Shown: positions 9,630 to 19,826, counted from the first letter of the stretch. The stretch: DNA of 64,000 nt from Candidatus Latescibacterota bacterium (GCA_965222605.1 OZ244960.1:1024001-1088000), one strand, 5' to 3'. Notes: generated by a model not told the origin, from the letters alone. A program made the numbers and translations.

Positions 9630-11501
9630 TCATTTTTCTCTTTCCAAAACTTCCCATTCCTCAAATAAGCGCTCCATTTTCTTTTGAATCTCTTCCTTTT
9701 CTCTTGCCAGTTCTTTCAGGCGGTGCCAGTCGGTAGCGAGGTCTTCCCGCGCCAGTTCTTTGGTTAGCTGATCGGCCTGGTCCTCGAGTGTTGCAATCGC
9801 TTCTTCTATTTCGGCTAAGCGGCGTTCCCGTCTTTGCTCTTGCCGCAGTGCGCGCTTGCGATTTTTATAGTCGGTTTTCGTTTTGGATGCAGTCTGTACG
9901 GTCGGTATTTCTACGCTCTGCATCTGGCGCTGGTAAGCATCGTAATTACCATCTACCAGTTGCCACTTTCCGTCGCCAAGCACGAGCAGGCGATTGACCA
10001 GACGGTTGAGAAAATACCGGTCGTGTGAAACCGCGACCACAGTCCCAGAAAAAGCCTCCAGCGCGCTTTCGAGCACATGGCGCGAGGCGATATCCAGATG
10101 GTTGGTAGGTTCGTCGAGCACCAGCAGATTGAGAGGAATGCGCATGAGTTTGGCCAGAGCAACGCGACTTTGTTCTCCTCCACTGAGCGAACCCGTCTCG
10201 CGCTCCACATCGTCTCCAGAAAAAAGAAAAGCCCCCAGAAAGTTTCTAATCTCGACTTCTGGAACATTGGGCGTGAGCGACCAGATTTCTTCGAGAACGC
10301 TCAAATTGGGATTCAGGTCCTGACGGGTTTGTGCGTAATAACCGATCTCGAGACCTTTGCCCGGAATAACGCGCCCCGAATCAGGCGCGAGTTGTTCTAT
10401 AAAAATTTTTAAGAGTACGGATTTGCCCGAACCATTGGGACCTATAATGCCAAGGTGCTCGCCTCGCCACAATGTGAAGCTGAGATCGGCAAATAGAGGA
10501 CGCTCAGGATAGGCTTTGGTGAGATTTTCAACCTGTATGACGCGATCTCCACCACGTGTAGTCGCGTTAAATTTGAGCGCGATATCGCGTTGTTGCACAA
10601 TGCGTTCTACGCGGTCGAGTTTTTCGAGTGCCCTGCGTCGGCTTTGCGCTTGTTTGGTCTTTTGTCCGGCGATATTTCGGCGGATATACTCCTCGGTTCG
10701 CTCGATATGCGCTTGCTGCGCCCGATAGGCTTTTTGTTGCTGTGCGCGGCGTTGTTCTTTTTCCTGGATATAAAAGGAATAGGTTCCCGAATACTGTTCG
10801 ACCACGCCGCGTTCCAAATCTACAATTTTGGTCACAGTGCGCTCGAGAAAAGTGCGGTCGTGTGAAATGCTGACAAAGGCATTGGCATAATCCGAGAGAA
10901 AGTGCTCGAGCCATTCTATAGCTTGTAGATCGAGATGGTTAGTCGGCTCGTCCAGAAGCAACAGATCGGGTTCTCTCGCGAGCAATTGGGCAAGAACCAG
11001 ACGATTTTTCTGTCCGCCACTGAGCACTTGAGTCGGCAATTTTAGATCGGTTTCGCAAAAACCGAGGCCAAAAAGAATGGCTTTGGCACGGGCTTCTGTC
11101 GCATACCCGCCCATGTGCTCATACTGGTCGCGGAGATGCCCGTAATCATTGAGCACAGCATCGGTATTTTCACCCTGAGCCATGATTTTTTCAAGGTCAT
11201 AGAGGCGGTGTTGCAAAGCCAGAATATCGGCAAAAGCATTGAGTGCCTCGTCCATGACTGTGCATTCTGGATCAAATGTGGGTTCTTGTGTCAGAAATCC
11301 AATACTGAGACCGCGCTGTCTGTGCAGTTGCCCGCTATCGGGCAGGCTTTCTTCGGTTATGAGCCGAAGCAACGTGGTTTTGCCACACCCATTGGGACCG
11401 ACAAGCCCGATGCGATCCCCCGGATCAATTTGCCAATAAATACCAGTGAGCACATCGTATGCGCCGAAAGATTTCCAGATATCTTCGAGTTGAATAATCA
11501 C
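9630..11501 (-). CDS. ABC-F family ribosome-associated ATPase (Uup/YheS-like)
   Basis: Two ABC domains (GPNGCGKT, GPNGSGKS; two LDEPTNHLD), no TM segments, C-terminal coiled coil. Confidence 0.92.
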   Translation of the reverse strand: MIIQLEDIWKSFGAYDVLTGIYWQIDPGDRIGLVGPNGCGKTTLLRLITEESLPDSGQLHRQRGLSIGFLTQEPTFDPECTVMDEALNAFADILALQHRLYDLEKIMAQGENTDAVLNDYGHLRDQYEHMGGYATEARAKAILFGLGFCETDLKLPTQVLSGGQKNRLVLAQLLAREPDLLLLDEPTNHLDLQAIEWLEHFLSDYANAFVSISHDRTFLERTVTKIVDLERGVVEQYSGTYSFYIQEKEQRRAQQQKAYRAQQAHIERTEEYIRRNIAGQKTKQAQSRRRALEKLDRVERIVQQRDIALKFNATTRGGDRVIQVENLTKAYPERPLFADLSFTLWRGEHLGIIGPNGSGKSVLLKIFIEQLAPDSGRVIPGKGLEIGYYAQTRQDLNPNLSVLEEIWSLTPNVPEVEIRNFLGAFLFSGDDVERETGSLSGGEQSRVALAKLMRIPLNLLVLDEPTNHLDIASRHVLESALEAFSGTVVAVSHDRYFLNRLVNRLLVLGDGKWQLVDGNYDAYQRQMQSVEIPTVQTASKTKTDYKNRKRALRQEQRRERRLAEIEEAIATLEDQADQLTKELAREDLATDWHRLKELAREKEEIQKKMERLFEEWEVLEREK

Positions 11502-12316
11502 CTTTTATCGCCTCTCGCGCTATTAAGCACCTGACGCAGATCTTCCGCAGATTGCCGGGCGGCCTCTGCAAAGTCGGTACCACTGGAAGCGTAGAGAATG
11601 CTGCGCGACGAGTTGACGAGAATACCGCTGCCTTTTCTGTTCAGACCATTTTGGACAATTGCATTGGTCTGACCGCCTTGCGTCCCCACACCGGGCAAAA
11701 GGATGGGGAGGTCGGTGGCAATCGCGCGAACAGTTTTTAAGTCGTTGGGATGTGTTGCACCCACAACGAGACCGCAGGGTCCTATTTGCGACCATTCCAC
11801 GGCTTTTTGCGCGAGCACCTCATACAGCACGCCGTGGTCTGTATTGAGGCGCAAAATATCAGCCGACCCGGGATTGGATGTGAGGCACAAAAGGAAGGCA
11901 CAGCCGTTTTGATAAGCCAAAAAAGGATCAATAGCATCTGTTCCCATCAGAGGGTTGACTGTCACTGCATCAACGCCGAGTTGGCGATACGCCATATATG
12001 CATAGTGTTCTGCTGTATTACCAATGTCGCCAGCTTTGAAATCGAGTACAATTGGCATGTCGTTGGGAATAGATTGGATCGCGCCTTGAAGTGCCTCCCA
12101 ACCCGCTATGCCCTGCGCACCAAAAAATGCAAAATTGGGTTTATAAGCACACGCAATATCCCGCGTGGCGGCTATAATTTCCTTGAGAAAAGCGAGTGTG
12201 GGATTGGATTTCCCTTTGAGATATCCGGGAAGCTTTGTCGGATCGGGGTCGAGCCCCACACACACAAAACTATTGTTGCGTTGTACTGTATCGCTGTATT
12301 TTTGAAAAAAAGACAT
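11498..12316 (-). CDS. pyrF: Orotidine-5'-phosphate decarboxylase (type 2)
   Basis: CVGLDP, YKPNFAFF, LDFKAGDIGNT, TSNPG, GLVVGAT, SSRSILYA. Confidence 0.95.
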   Translation of the reverse strand: MSFFQKYSDTVQRNNSFVCVGLDPDPTKLPGYLKGKSNPTLAFLKEIIAATRDIACAYKPNFAFFGAQGIAGWEALQGAIQSIPNDMPIVLDFKAGDIGNTAEHYAYMAYRQLGVDAVTVNPLMGTDAIDPFLAYQNGCAFLLCLTSNPGSADILRLNTDHGVLYEVLAQKAVEWSQIGPCGLVVGATHPNDLKTVRAIATDLPILLPGVGTQGGQTNAIVQNGLNRKGSGILVNSSRSILYASSGTDFAEAARQSAEDLRQVLNSARGDKR

Positions 12317-12334
12317 TCAATATCTCCATTAAGC

Positions 12335-12367
12335 AAATGGCGGACCCCTTATGGGAATCCGCCGTTT
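12335..12367 (-). terminator. Hairpin immediately downstream of rnpB
   Basis: aaatggcgga/tccgccgttt stem. Confidence 0.45.
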
Positions 12368-12372
12368 TTGAA

Positions 12373-12742
12373 ACAAGCGGGCCTGTAAGCCGAGTTCTGT
12401 CGTTTGGTATCCCAAACGGATGGTCATTTATCTGGGACGCCAGTTACCCGACGCCTCTTGCAGCCTACCCGAGCGTAATAGCGAGACGGGCCATCTCTCC
12501 GCTCCTATTCGGCCTTGCTCCAAATGGGGTTTACCGTGCCGCGCTCGTCACCGAGTCGCGCGGTGGGCTCTTACCCCACCGTTTCACCCTTGCCCGCAGC
12601 GCGAGTCATCGCGCCCGCTGGCGGTCTGTTCTCTGTGGCACTTTCCATCGGGTCTCCCCGCCTGGGTGTTACCCAGCATTTTGCCCTGTGGAGCTCGGAC
12701 TTTCCTCATCCCAAAAGGGACGCGACCACCCGGCCCGCTTGT
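12373..12742 (-). ncRNA. rnpB: RNase P RNA (bacterial type A)
   Basis: Minus strand reads acaagcgggccgggtggtcgc...GAGGAAAGTCCGAGCTC...GAAAGTGCCACAGA...GGTAAACCCC...ACAGAACTCGGCTTAC; the 5' and 3' ends pair (P1). Confidence 0.97.
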
Positions 12743-12749
12743 AACATTT

Positions 12750-13172
12750 TTATTTTTCAGATGTGTCGGCACTATCTTTTTCTGCAATGCCCCGGTTTGC
12801 CAATCGGTCGGCTTCTTTATTTTGCTCTCGGCGCACATGTTTGATCTGAAAGCCGTCAAAAGTTCTACTCTGCGTTTGGGCAGTTTGATAAAGCGGCAAA
12901 AGTCCCCCGCTTTTGACTTTGTACGTCTCATTCATCTGGCGAACAACGAGTTCGCTGTCGGAAAATATTATCACCCGATTGGCTTTGAACTCTGCGGCTA
13001 TTTTGAGTCCCTTGATCAGTGCGCGATACTCTGCGACATTATTGGTTGTACAGCCAATATATTCACAGTGTTCTGCGAGAAAATCTCCATCTGCTTCAAT
13101 GCGAATGCCAATGCCAGCATGCCCGGGATTGCCCCTGGATGCCCCGTCAATAAATAAGGTCAATTCGGTCAA
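12750..13172 (-). CDS. rnhA: Ribonuclease HI family protein
   Basis: FIDGASRGNPG, TNNVAEY, SDSELVVRQ, HVRREQNKEADRLAN. Confidence 0.93.
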   Translation of the reverse strand: MTELTLFIDGASRGNPGHAGIGIRIEADGDFLAEHCEYIGCTTNNVAEYRALIKGLKIAAEFKANRVIIFSDSELVVRQMNETYKVKSGGLLPLYQTAQTQSRTFDGFQIKHVRREQNKEADRLANRGIAEKDSADTSEK

Positions 13173-13891
13173 ACCGCAGCCTCTTCATCACTCCAAACCA
13201 GAAGGCGACCACAATTTTCGCAGCGCATGATACTATCGGCGCGTCTGACTTCCACCAGACGTTGAGGGGATAATCGGCGGTAACAGCCGCCACAGGACCC
13301 TTTGCGAACTGGTACAATGGCAATACCACCTTTAACAACTCTGCGGATGCGATTGTACATGCTTAAAGGACTGTGTTCCACACCCGGTTCGATGGCTGAT
13401 CGCTTCTTTTTCCAGGCACGCACATTTTTCTCTACGGAATTGAGTTTGGCCGTCAATTCGTCAATGCGTTTTTGCCGGTCTTTTTCAATTTCCCGGTAGT
13501 AATTTTTGTCTTCGTGGAGTTTTTCCACAATTTTTTCAACTGTATCGATACTTTCCAAAATGGCGGTTTCGTGTTGGTCCTTGCGATCGTGGAGGGATGC
13601 GATTTCGAGTTGCAAGGCATCGTATTCTTTATTCGTCTTTACATCATAAAGACGGTCCTGGTGTTTTTTCAGGTCTTCTTCTATTGCGCTGAGTTCTCTT
13701 TCGAGTGTCCGGCGATCTTTTTCGAGTTCTTTACTGCGCTGTTGTTGGGCATCGAGTTGACCGCGTGCATCTTGCAGTTCACTTTTGAGACTATTGATTT
13801 CTTCGGGGTAATCGATTTGAGATTGGTGCAACGCGTTGATTTCTTTGTCGATTTCTTGAAGTTTCAGCAAATTAACCAGACTATCTCTCAT
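13169..13891 (-). CDS. Coiled-coil protein with C4-type zinc ribbon (DUF164/CT398-like)
   Basis: LQEIDKEI start, long coiled coil, CGGC...CENCGRLL; SD GGAGA. Confidence 0.9.
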   Translation of the reverse strand: MRDSLVNLLKLQEIDKEINALHQSQIDYPEEINSLKSELQDARGQLDAQQQRSKELEKDRRTLERELSAIEEDLKKHQDRLYDVKTNKEYDALQLEIASLHDRKDQHETAILESIDTVEKIVEKLHEDKNYYREIEKDRQKRIDELTAKLNSVEKNVRAWKKKRSAIEPGVEHSPLSMYNRIRRVVKGGIAIVPVRKGSCGGCYRRLSPQRLVEVRRADSIMRCENCGRLLVWSDEEAAV

Positions 13892-13914
13892 GCGCGAGTC
13901 TCCTTGTGATCGAG

Positions 13915-13952
13915 AAAAAAGAAAAGGTGCTACCCTGAACAGGTGCACCTTT
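13915..13952 (-). terminator. Terminator downstream of tRNA-Val
   Basis: Minus strand aaggtgc...gcacctt followed by a U-rich tract. Confidence 0.5.
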
Positions 13953-14010
13953 CTATGGCCGTTTTTGCTACAATTTGAACCTCTTGATCTGTTGAGAAGA
14001 GGCATTGTAA

Positions 14011-14087
14011 TGGTGGGCGATACTGGATTTGAACCAGTGACCTCCGGTATGTGAAACCGGCACTCTAACCAACTGAGCTAATCGCCC
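14011..14087 (-). tRNA. tRNA-Val (anticodon CAC), CCA encoded
   Basis: GGGCGATTAGCTCAGTTGGTTAGAGTGCCGGTTTCACATACCGGAGGTCACTGGTTCAAATCCAGTATCGCCCACCA folds as a cloverleaf. Confidence 0.97.
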
Positions 14088-14240
14088 AATTTCGCAATAA
14101 TACCGCACAGAACGGCCGACCTATTTTTTTGGAATTAAGAGAAGGACACGAAGTTTCGCAATGCATTTTAATTAACAAAAGATAGTTTGGGATGTCAAGC
14201 CCGATGTGTCATGAAATCAGGCCCTACCCGTACTCCGCAT

Positions 14241-15011
14241 TTACGCATTTTCTTCCAACAGCACAGTATCGGACCGCTGACCTATTGATGGTGGAGCCAT
14301 TAAGCGAACCTGTTGTGCCGTCAAATTTTCATAATCATCGACATTGTAATACGTATTTGCCCACGATGAGTGCCCGGGGCTGTATTTATACAGAAAGGCG
14401 CGCCGCTCGTGATCAGCTGTCCACGGCATAGTTCCATGGACCAACGCCTCTGTAAAAATTAACGCATCCCCCGCGTTCACTTCGGGCTGCACCACGTAGT
14501 GGGGTACCCGTTCATACTCCCGCACATCCTGTGGAATACTGTTCAAAAAATTGGTCTTATGCGTGCCGGGAATACAACAAAACCCACCGTCGCCTTCGTG
14601 TGCAGGTGCCGTAAAAAAGGTCACCACCGTCAACCCGGTTCGAATAACACCATCGCGGTATTTGTACCAGTGATCGCCCTCGCGCCCATTATCGCCCCCG
14701 TGCAATCGCCCTCGCGTGCCACCCTTTTGCATAAAAATGCAGTAATCGTGATCAATTCGCACCTTTGATCCCAAAAATGCCAGCAAATAAGGCATAATCT
14801 TCGGGTGATCCAGCATTTGCTGAAAAGGCATCCCCCACGTTGAGGGCCGTCCCACATTGCGATACCCGCCATTACCATCTACCGCCTTCATCTTCTCATC
14901 GGCAATCGCATTCAGTTCATCAACTTCCCGCTCTGACAATACATTTTTGATGACAATATAGCCATCTAAATCAAATACGAACTTATCTTCAATATCCACC
15001 GATAACTGCAT
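14241..15011 (-). CDS. Phytanoyl-CoA dioxygenase (PhyH) family Fe/2OG oxygenase
   Basis: FDLDGYIVIKNVL, LHGG, GGFCCIPGTHK, AGDALIFTEALVHG. Confidence 0.88.
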   Translation of the reverse strand: MQLSVDIEDKFVFDLDGYIVIKNVLSEREVDELNAIADEKMKAVDGNGGYRNVGRPSTWGMPFQQMLDHPKIMPYLLAFLGSKVRIDHDYCIFMQKGGTRGRLHGGDNGREGDHWYKYRDGVIRTGLTVVTFFTAPAHEGDGGFCCIPGTHKTNFLNSIPQDVREYERVPHYVVQPEVNAGDALIFTEALVHGTMPWTADHERRAFLYKYSPGHSSWANTYYNVDDYENLTAQQVRLMAPPSIGQRSDTVLLEENA

Positions 15012-15056
15012 GCTATACTCCTCTGGATAGGAACACAAAACAATCAGATTTAAAAA

Positions 15057-15085
15057 AAGATAACTGTCTCAATCCCCCGCGTCAA
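15057..15085 (-). promoter_or_regulatory. sigma70-type promoter for the PhyH gene
   Basis: TTGACG-N17-TATCTT on the minus strand. Confidence 0.5.
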
Positions 15086-15202
15086 TGGAGTTCCTTAAAG
15101 TGAGGTACCGTAATACAGAATGCTTTGTTCCTTGCATAAGACGATAAACCGAGGTATTTTAAAAAAAACAAAGAGCAAGTGGAATTATTTAAGGATAAAA
15201 AA

Positions 15203-15493
15203 ATGAAACAAACCACTCTTGAAGTGCAGTTTATCCTTCCGATTGAAAACATCTCTAAAAAGCATCAAACGGAGGCCACAAAAAAGGCAAAAGCAGCCTT
15301 TGTGCTTGAACTCCTCCGACAAGGGGCCATCAGTGCTGGCAGAGCCGCAAAACTCCTCAATATTTCTCGATGGGAACTTTCAGAGTTAATGGCTGAAGCC
15401 GGCATCTCCCCTTTTGATGACAGCCTCACCTCAGAAGACTTAGCGGCTGAAGTCAATAGTGCGCTACAGGCTTTCGAGAAACCCACACCATGA
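15203..15493 (+). CDS. UPF0175 family HTH antitoxin
   Basis: LLRQGAISAGRAAKLLNISRWEL; ATGA overlap with the following PIN gene. Confidence 0.85.
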   Translation: MKQTTLEVQFILPIENISKKHQTEATKKAKAAFVLELLRQGAISAGRAAKLLNISRWELSELMAEAGISPFDDSLTSEDLAAEVNSALQAFEKPTP

Positions 15494-15978
15494 AGGTTGT
15501 AGCAAACAGTACCCCATTGATTGAACTCTCAAAAATTAAGCGGTTGGATCTGCTCCGAGATGTATATGGCTCAATCATCATTCCAGAAGAAGTTTACACC
15601 GAAGTAGTCATTGATGGGGCTGGAAAACCTGGGGCAGCAGCAGTGAAAGAAGCCCAGTGAATTCTCTGTAGGTCGGTGATAGACAAAAATCAAGTCCTGA
15701 TACTTCACAACCGCACACTGCTTGATTTAGGCGAATGTGGAGCTATTGTGCTTGCTCAAGAAATTGATGCAGGACAAGTGATTATTGACGACCGCGTTGC
15801 ACGGCGTGTGGCAATTGCCCGGGGATTGCCCATTATCGGTACAATCGGCGTTCTCCTTGTTGCCAAAGCCCGGCACATCATTCCCGATGTCAAACCCATA
15901 CTCGATAATCTTCGGGACCATGGTACGCGAATTAGCCAAAAACTCTATCACCAAACACTCACAACCGCAGGAGAGTAA
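15490..15978 (+). pseudogene. DUF3368 PIN-domain toxin with an in-frame TGA at 15658-15660
   Basis: MKVVANSTPLI...IIPEEVYTEV...EAQ*ILC...LDLGECGAIVLA...IIDDRVARRVA...IGTIGVLL in one frame; the stop falls where the family usually has Trp. Confidence 0.85.
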
Positions 15979-16084
15979 TTACAAAAATGCCATCAGAATT
16001 TTCAAGATTAAACGATTCATCAATCACTGAAGGGTATCTTGAATCTCTGACCTGAATGAATTGAATAAACAAAAAGGAGTATCG

Positions 16085-17872
16085 ATGCAGAAGGATTATT
16101 CTGAAGTCAAAGGTCAACTGCGCAGTCAAGAGTGGTTCAACAACCCGCACAACATGGGCATGACGGCCGTTTATGTCGAACGCTACATGAACTACGGCTG
16201 GACGCGCGAAGAACTTCAATCGGGCAAACCCGTTATTGGCATCGCACAAACGGGCGGCGACCTCACCCCCTGCAATCGCATTCACGTCGAATTGGTCGAT
16301 CGCGTCAAAGCCGGTATCCGCGACAACGGCGGCATACCCTTTGAATTTCCCGTTCACCCCATTGCCGAACAGGGCAAACGGCCCACGGCCGCCCTCGACC
16401 GCAACCTCGCCTACCTGGGGCTGGTCGAAATCCTGCACGGCTATCCCATCGACGGCGTCGTGCTCACCACCGGATGCGACAAAACCACACCTGCCTGCAT
16501 CATGGCAGCCTGCACCATGAACCTGCCCGCCATCGTCCTCTCTGGCGGCCCCATGCTCGATGGGCACTGGCGCGGTCGCCTATCCGGATCGGGCACAGTT
16601 GTATGGGAAGCCCGCGAACGCTATGCGGCTGGTGAAATCGACTACGACGGGTTCATGGACATCGTCACATCATCCTCGCCCAGTGTGGGCCACTGCAACA
16701 CAATGGGAACTGCCCTGTCCATGAACGCATTGGCTGAAGCACTTGGATTATCGCTTACCGGATGCGCGGCCATCCCCGCTCCCTATCGCGCCCGCAAGCA
16801 AATGGCCTATCACACGGGACTGCGCATGGTCGATATGGTCAAAGAAGATCTCACCCCCGACAAAATCCTCACGCCAGAAGCCTTCCAAAACGCCATTGTC
16901 GTCAACTCTGCGCTCGGCGGTTCGACCAACGCGCCGGTTCACATCACCGCCATAGCGCGACACATTGGACATGAACTACCGGCAAAAGACTGGCAAACCC
17001 ATGGTCACCACATACCCCTGCTCGTCAACTGTCAGCCTGCAGGCGAATACCTCGGCGAAGCCTTTTACCGCGCCGGCGGTGTGCCCGCTGTCATGGCCGA
17101 ACTCGTCAAAGCCGACAAACTCCACACCCACTGCCAGACCGTCACCGGCAAAACCATAGGGGAAAATCTCAAAGGCATCGCCATTGAAGACGAACGCGTC
17201 ATCAAGCCCTATGAACAACCCTTAAAAGAAAACGCTGGATTCATCGTACTCAGCGGCAACCTCTTTGAAGCGGGCTTGCTCAAAACCTCTGTGATCGGCG
17301 ACGACTTCCGAAAAAAATATCTCCAGCGCGAAGACGACGAAAACGCCTGGGAAGGCACGGCTGTAGTCTTCGACGGCCCCGAAGATTATCACCACCGCAT
17401 CAACGACCCCGATTTACCCATCGACGAAAATTCCTTGCTCTTCGTGCGCTATTGCGGCCCCGTGGGATACCCCGGCTCAGCCGAAGTCGTCAACATGCTC
17501 CCCCCCGACCGCCTCGTACAGGCCGGCATTTCCGAACTGCCCTGCATCGGCGATGGGCGTCAAAGCGGCACCTCTGCCAGCCCATCCATACTCAACGCTT
17601 CGCCCGAAGCCACAGTGGGCGGTGGGCTTGCCTTTCTCAAAACGGGCGACCGCGTGCGCATCGATCTCAACACCTGCACGGTCAATGTCCTCATCAGCGA
17701 TCGGGAACTCGTCCAGCGCAAAAAGGACTGGAAACAACCCGACCTGGTCCACCAGACACCCTGGCAGGAAATCTATCGCCAAAGTGTGGGGCAACTCGCC
17801 GACGGCGCGTGTCTGGAACTGGCCGTAAAATACCAGAATGTGCGCGACAATACCCCGCGTCATTCGCATTAA
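16085..17872 (+). CDS. IlvD/Edd family dehydratase (probable pentonate/sugar-acid dehydratase)
   Basis: DLTPCNRIH, GCDKTTPA, GHCNTMGTA, GDGRQSGT, C-terminal PRHSH. Confidence 0.9.
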   Translation: MQKDYSEVKGQLRSQEWFNNPHNMGMTAVYVERYMNYGWTREELQSGKPVIGIAQTGGDLTPCNRIHVELVDRVKAGIRDNGGIPFEFPVHPIAEQGKRPTAALDRNLAYLGLVEILHGYPIDGVVLTTGCDKTTPACIMAACTMNLPAIVLSGGPMLDGHWRGRLSGSGTVVWEARERYAAGEIDYDGFMDIVTSSSPSVGHCNTMGTALSMNALAEALGLSLTGCAAIPAPYRARKQMAYHTGLRMVDMVKEDLTPDKILTPEAFQNAIVVNSALGGSTNAPVHITAIARHIGHELPAKDWQTHGHHIPLLVNCQPAGEYLGEAFYRAGGVPAVMAELVKADKLHTHCQTVTGKTIGENLKGIAIEDERVIKPYEQPLKENAGFIVLSGNLFEAGLLKTSVIGDDFRKKYLQREDDENAWEGTAVVFDGPEDYHHRINDPDLPIDENSLLFVRYCGPVGYPGSAEVVNMLPPDRLVQAGISELPCIGDGRQSGTSASPSILNASPEATVGGGLAFLKTGDRVRIDLNTCTVNVLISDRELVQRKKDWKQPDLVHQTPWQEIYRQSVGQLADGACLELAVKYQNVRDNTPRHSH

Positions 17873-17883
17873 ATTTTTACCCC

Positions 17884-18564
17884 GTGATTTTTCCGACCCC
17901 CGAAGAATACACCGTCCTCATCCTATCGCTTAAAGTGGGCCTGCTCTGCGTGGTGATCAGCTTACCCTTTGCCGTATTGTTGGGCTGGGTGCTGGCGCGC
18001 AAAAACTTTCGCGGCAAACTCATCCTCGACGGTCTGTGTCACTTGCCACTTGTGTTGCCGCCTGTAGTTGTCGGGTACCTGCTCCTCCTCCTGTTGGGAC
18101 GCCGGGGTTTTCTGGGTCAAATTTTGAACGACTGGTTTGGTTTGCAGATCGCATTTACCTGGCGAGGTGCTGTATTAGCCGCTGCTGTGGTGGGTTTTCC
18201 ACTCATGTTAAGAGCTATTCGCCTCGCCATAGAAAGTGTTGACCCCCGCCTCGAGCGCGCTGCTCGTACCCTGGGTGCCAATCCGCTTCGCGCCTTTTTT
18301 TCCATAACGCTGCGCCTGGCCGCGCCCGGCGTACTCGTCGGTTCTCTCCTCGCATTTGCGCGCAGCCTGGGCGAATTTGGCGCCACCATCACCTTTGTCT
18401 CTAATATTGCCGGCGAAACCCGCACACTTCCACTCGCCATTTTCACGTACATCAACCAGCCCGACGGCGAAGCCGCTGCCGTACGCCTCGTCTTACTCTC
18501 CATCATCTTATCTCTTGGCGCACTCATCGCCAGCGAGACCATCGCTCGCAAAATGAAAAACTAA
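17884..18564 (+). CDS. modB: Molybdate ABC transporter permease
   Basis: HLPLVLPPVVVGY, FARSLGEFGATITFVSNIAGETRTLPLAI; the ORF track's N-terminal extension overlaps the dehydratase. Confidence 0.92.
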   Translation: MIFPTPEEYTVLILSLKVGLLCVVISLPFAVLLGWVLARKNFRGKLILDGLCHLPLVLPPVVVGYLLLLLLGRRGFLGQILNDWFGLQIAFTWRGAVLAAAVVGFPLMLRAIRLAIESVDPRLERAARTLGANPLRAFFSITLRLAAPGVLVGSLLAFARSLGEFGATITFVSNIAGETRTLPLAIFTYINQPDGEAAAVRLVLLSIILSLGALIASETIARKMKN

Positions 18565-18570
18565 AACATC

Positions 18571-19632
18571 ATGCTCACCCTTTGCGTACACAGGCAACTC
18601 GCCGAATTTACCCTCCAAATCGATGTGACGTGTACCTATCCCGTCACCGCGATATTTGGACCTTCAGGCTCTGGCAAAACCACCCTCTTGAATCTCATAA
18701 GCGGCCTGATGCGACCAGATAGTGGCCAAATCAGCATTGACGATGCCATTTTATTTCACGCAGAAAAAGGCATTGACCTGCCACCGGAAAAGCGACGCAT
18801 AGGCCATGTATTTCAAGACGATCTGCTTTTTCCACACCTGACCGTGCGCCAAAATCTACTGTATGGATATCAATTTCTCGCGCCATCAGAACGCAAATTT
18901 CATCCCGATGCCATTATCGACCTGCTCGAATTAAACACCCTGCTCGATCGCCTCCCAAATCTCCTCTCAGGCGGTGAACGCCAGCGCGTCGCCCTGGGCC
19001 GAGCCATCCTGACCTCTCCCAGGCTGCTCATCATGGATGAACCCCTGACCGCGCTCGATCAAGAACTCAAAGACCGCATCATGCCCTATCTGCGCCACAT
19101 TCGCACGGATTTGGGCATACCCATGCTCTACGTTAGCCACGCAATTGGTGAAATTCTGCAACTCACCGGACAAGTCATTGTGCTAAACCGCGGGCAAGTA
19201 CTCGCGCATGGAGACTTCTTTTCTATCGCTCACCAGCCCAAAATTCTGCCTCTGCTCGAAGCACACGGTTTTGAAAATGTCCTGCCCGTTAAAGTCATCG
19301 CACCCAATCGCGCGCAATACAACAATCAGATCCTTCATATCCCCCCCTGTGATCGCACATCGGGCACACATATCTTTATAGGCATACGGGCAAACGACAT
19401 CATTTTGTGCCGACAGCGGCCTGTAGGTTTAAGCATTCGCAATGCCCTCTCTGCACAGGTACTCGACATCGTTGAAACGCATGGCCGACGCCTCGTTTAC
19501 ATCGATGTGGGCAAACGCCTCGCCGCTGAAGTCACCCCTGAAGCGATAGAAGAATTGGCTTTAAAAATCGGCGATCCCGTAATTTGCCTGATTAAAACAC
19601 ACGCCATTCGCATAGGTCCAGATGTCTCTTGA
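18571..19632 (+). CDS. modC: Molybdate ABC transporter ATPase
   Basis: GPSGSGKT, LPPEKRRIG, LSGGERQRVA, SIRN TOBE motif. Confidence 0.92.
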   Translation: MLTLCVHRQLAEFTLQIDVTCTYPVTAIFGPSGSGKTTLLNLISGLMRPDSGQISIDDAILFHAEKGIDLPPEKRRIGHVFQDDLLFPHLTVRQNLLYGYQFLAPSERKFHPDAIIDLLELNTLLDRLPNLLSGGERQRVALGRAILTSPRLLIMDEPLTALDQELKDRIMPYLRHIRTDLGIPMLYVSHAIGEILQLTGQVIVLNRGQVLAHGDFFSIAHQPKILPLLEAHGFENVLPVKVIAPNRAQYNNQILHIPPCDRTSGTHIFIGIRANDIILCRQRPVGLSIRNALSAQVLDIVETHGRRLVYIDVGKRLAAEVTPEAIEELALKIGDPVICLIKTHAIRIGPDVS

Positions 19633-19665
19633 GATCTACGCCATCTCCGAAAAAAACAAAATTTC

Positions 19666-19694
19666 TGAAACCTGTTCACAACCTGCACTGTCTA
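19666..19694 (+). promoter_or_regulatory. ECF-sigma-type promoter
   Basis: TGAAAC-N17-TGTCTA upstream of an ECF sigma cassette. Confidence 0.5.
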
Positions 19695-19797
19695 TTTATG
19701 TGACGTTGGGTAACTATTTTCTTACTTTTCGTTCCAAAGTGCATCCAAAGGTATGTAATAGTGAAGATAAAATTTGCAAAAAATTCCGATTTCTTCC

Positions 19798-19826
19798 TTG
19801 ACGTATCGGAGTTCTCTAACTATCTT
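19798..19826 (+). promoter_or_regulatory. sigma70-type promoter
   Basis: TTGACG-N17-TATCTT, the same hexamers as at 15057-15085. Confidence 0.5.

Noticed and set aside
12235-13157. Long ORFs at 12235-12744, 12420-13157, 12515-12844 and 12584-12931
   Set aside because: They overlap the RNase P RNA and rnhA and are shadow frames.
14011-14240. tRNA-Val as the attachment site of an integrated island
   Set aside because: No integrase and no duplicated tRNA 3' end were noticed in the window.
17452-17883. Apparent N-terminal extension of ModB (370-aa ORF)
   Set aside because: An alternative frame of the dehydratase 3' end; ModB homology starts near 17884.
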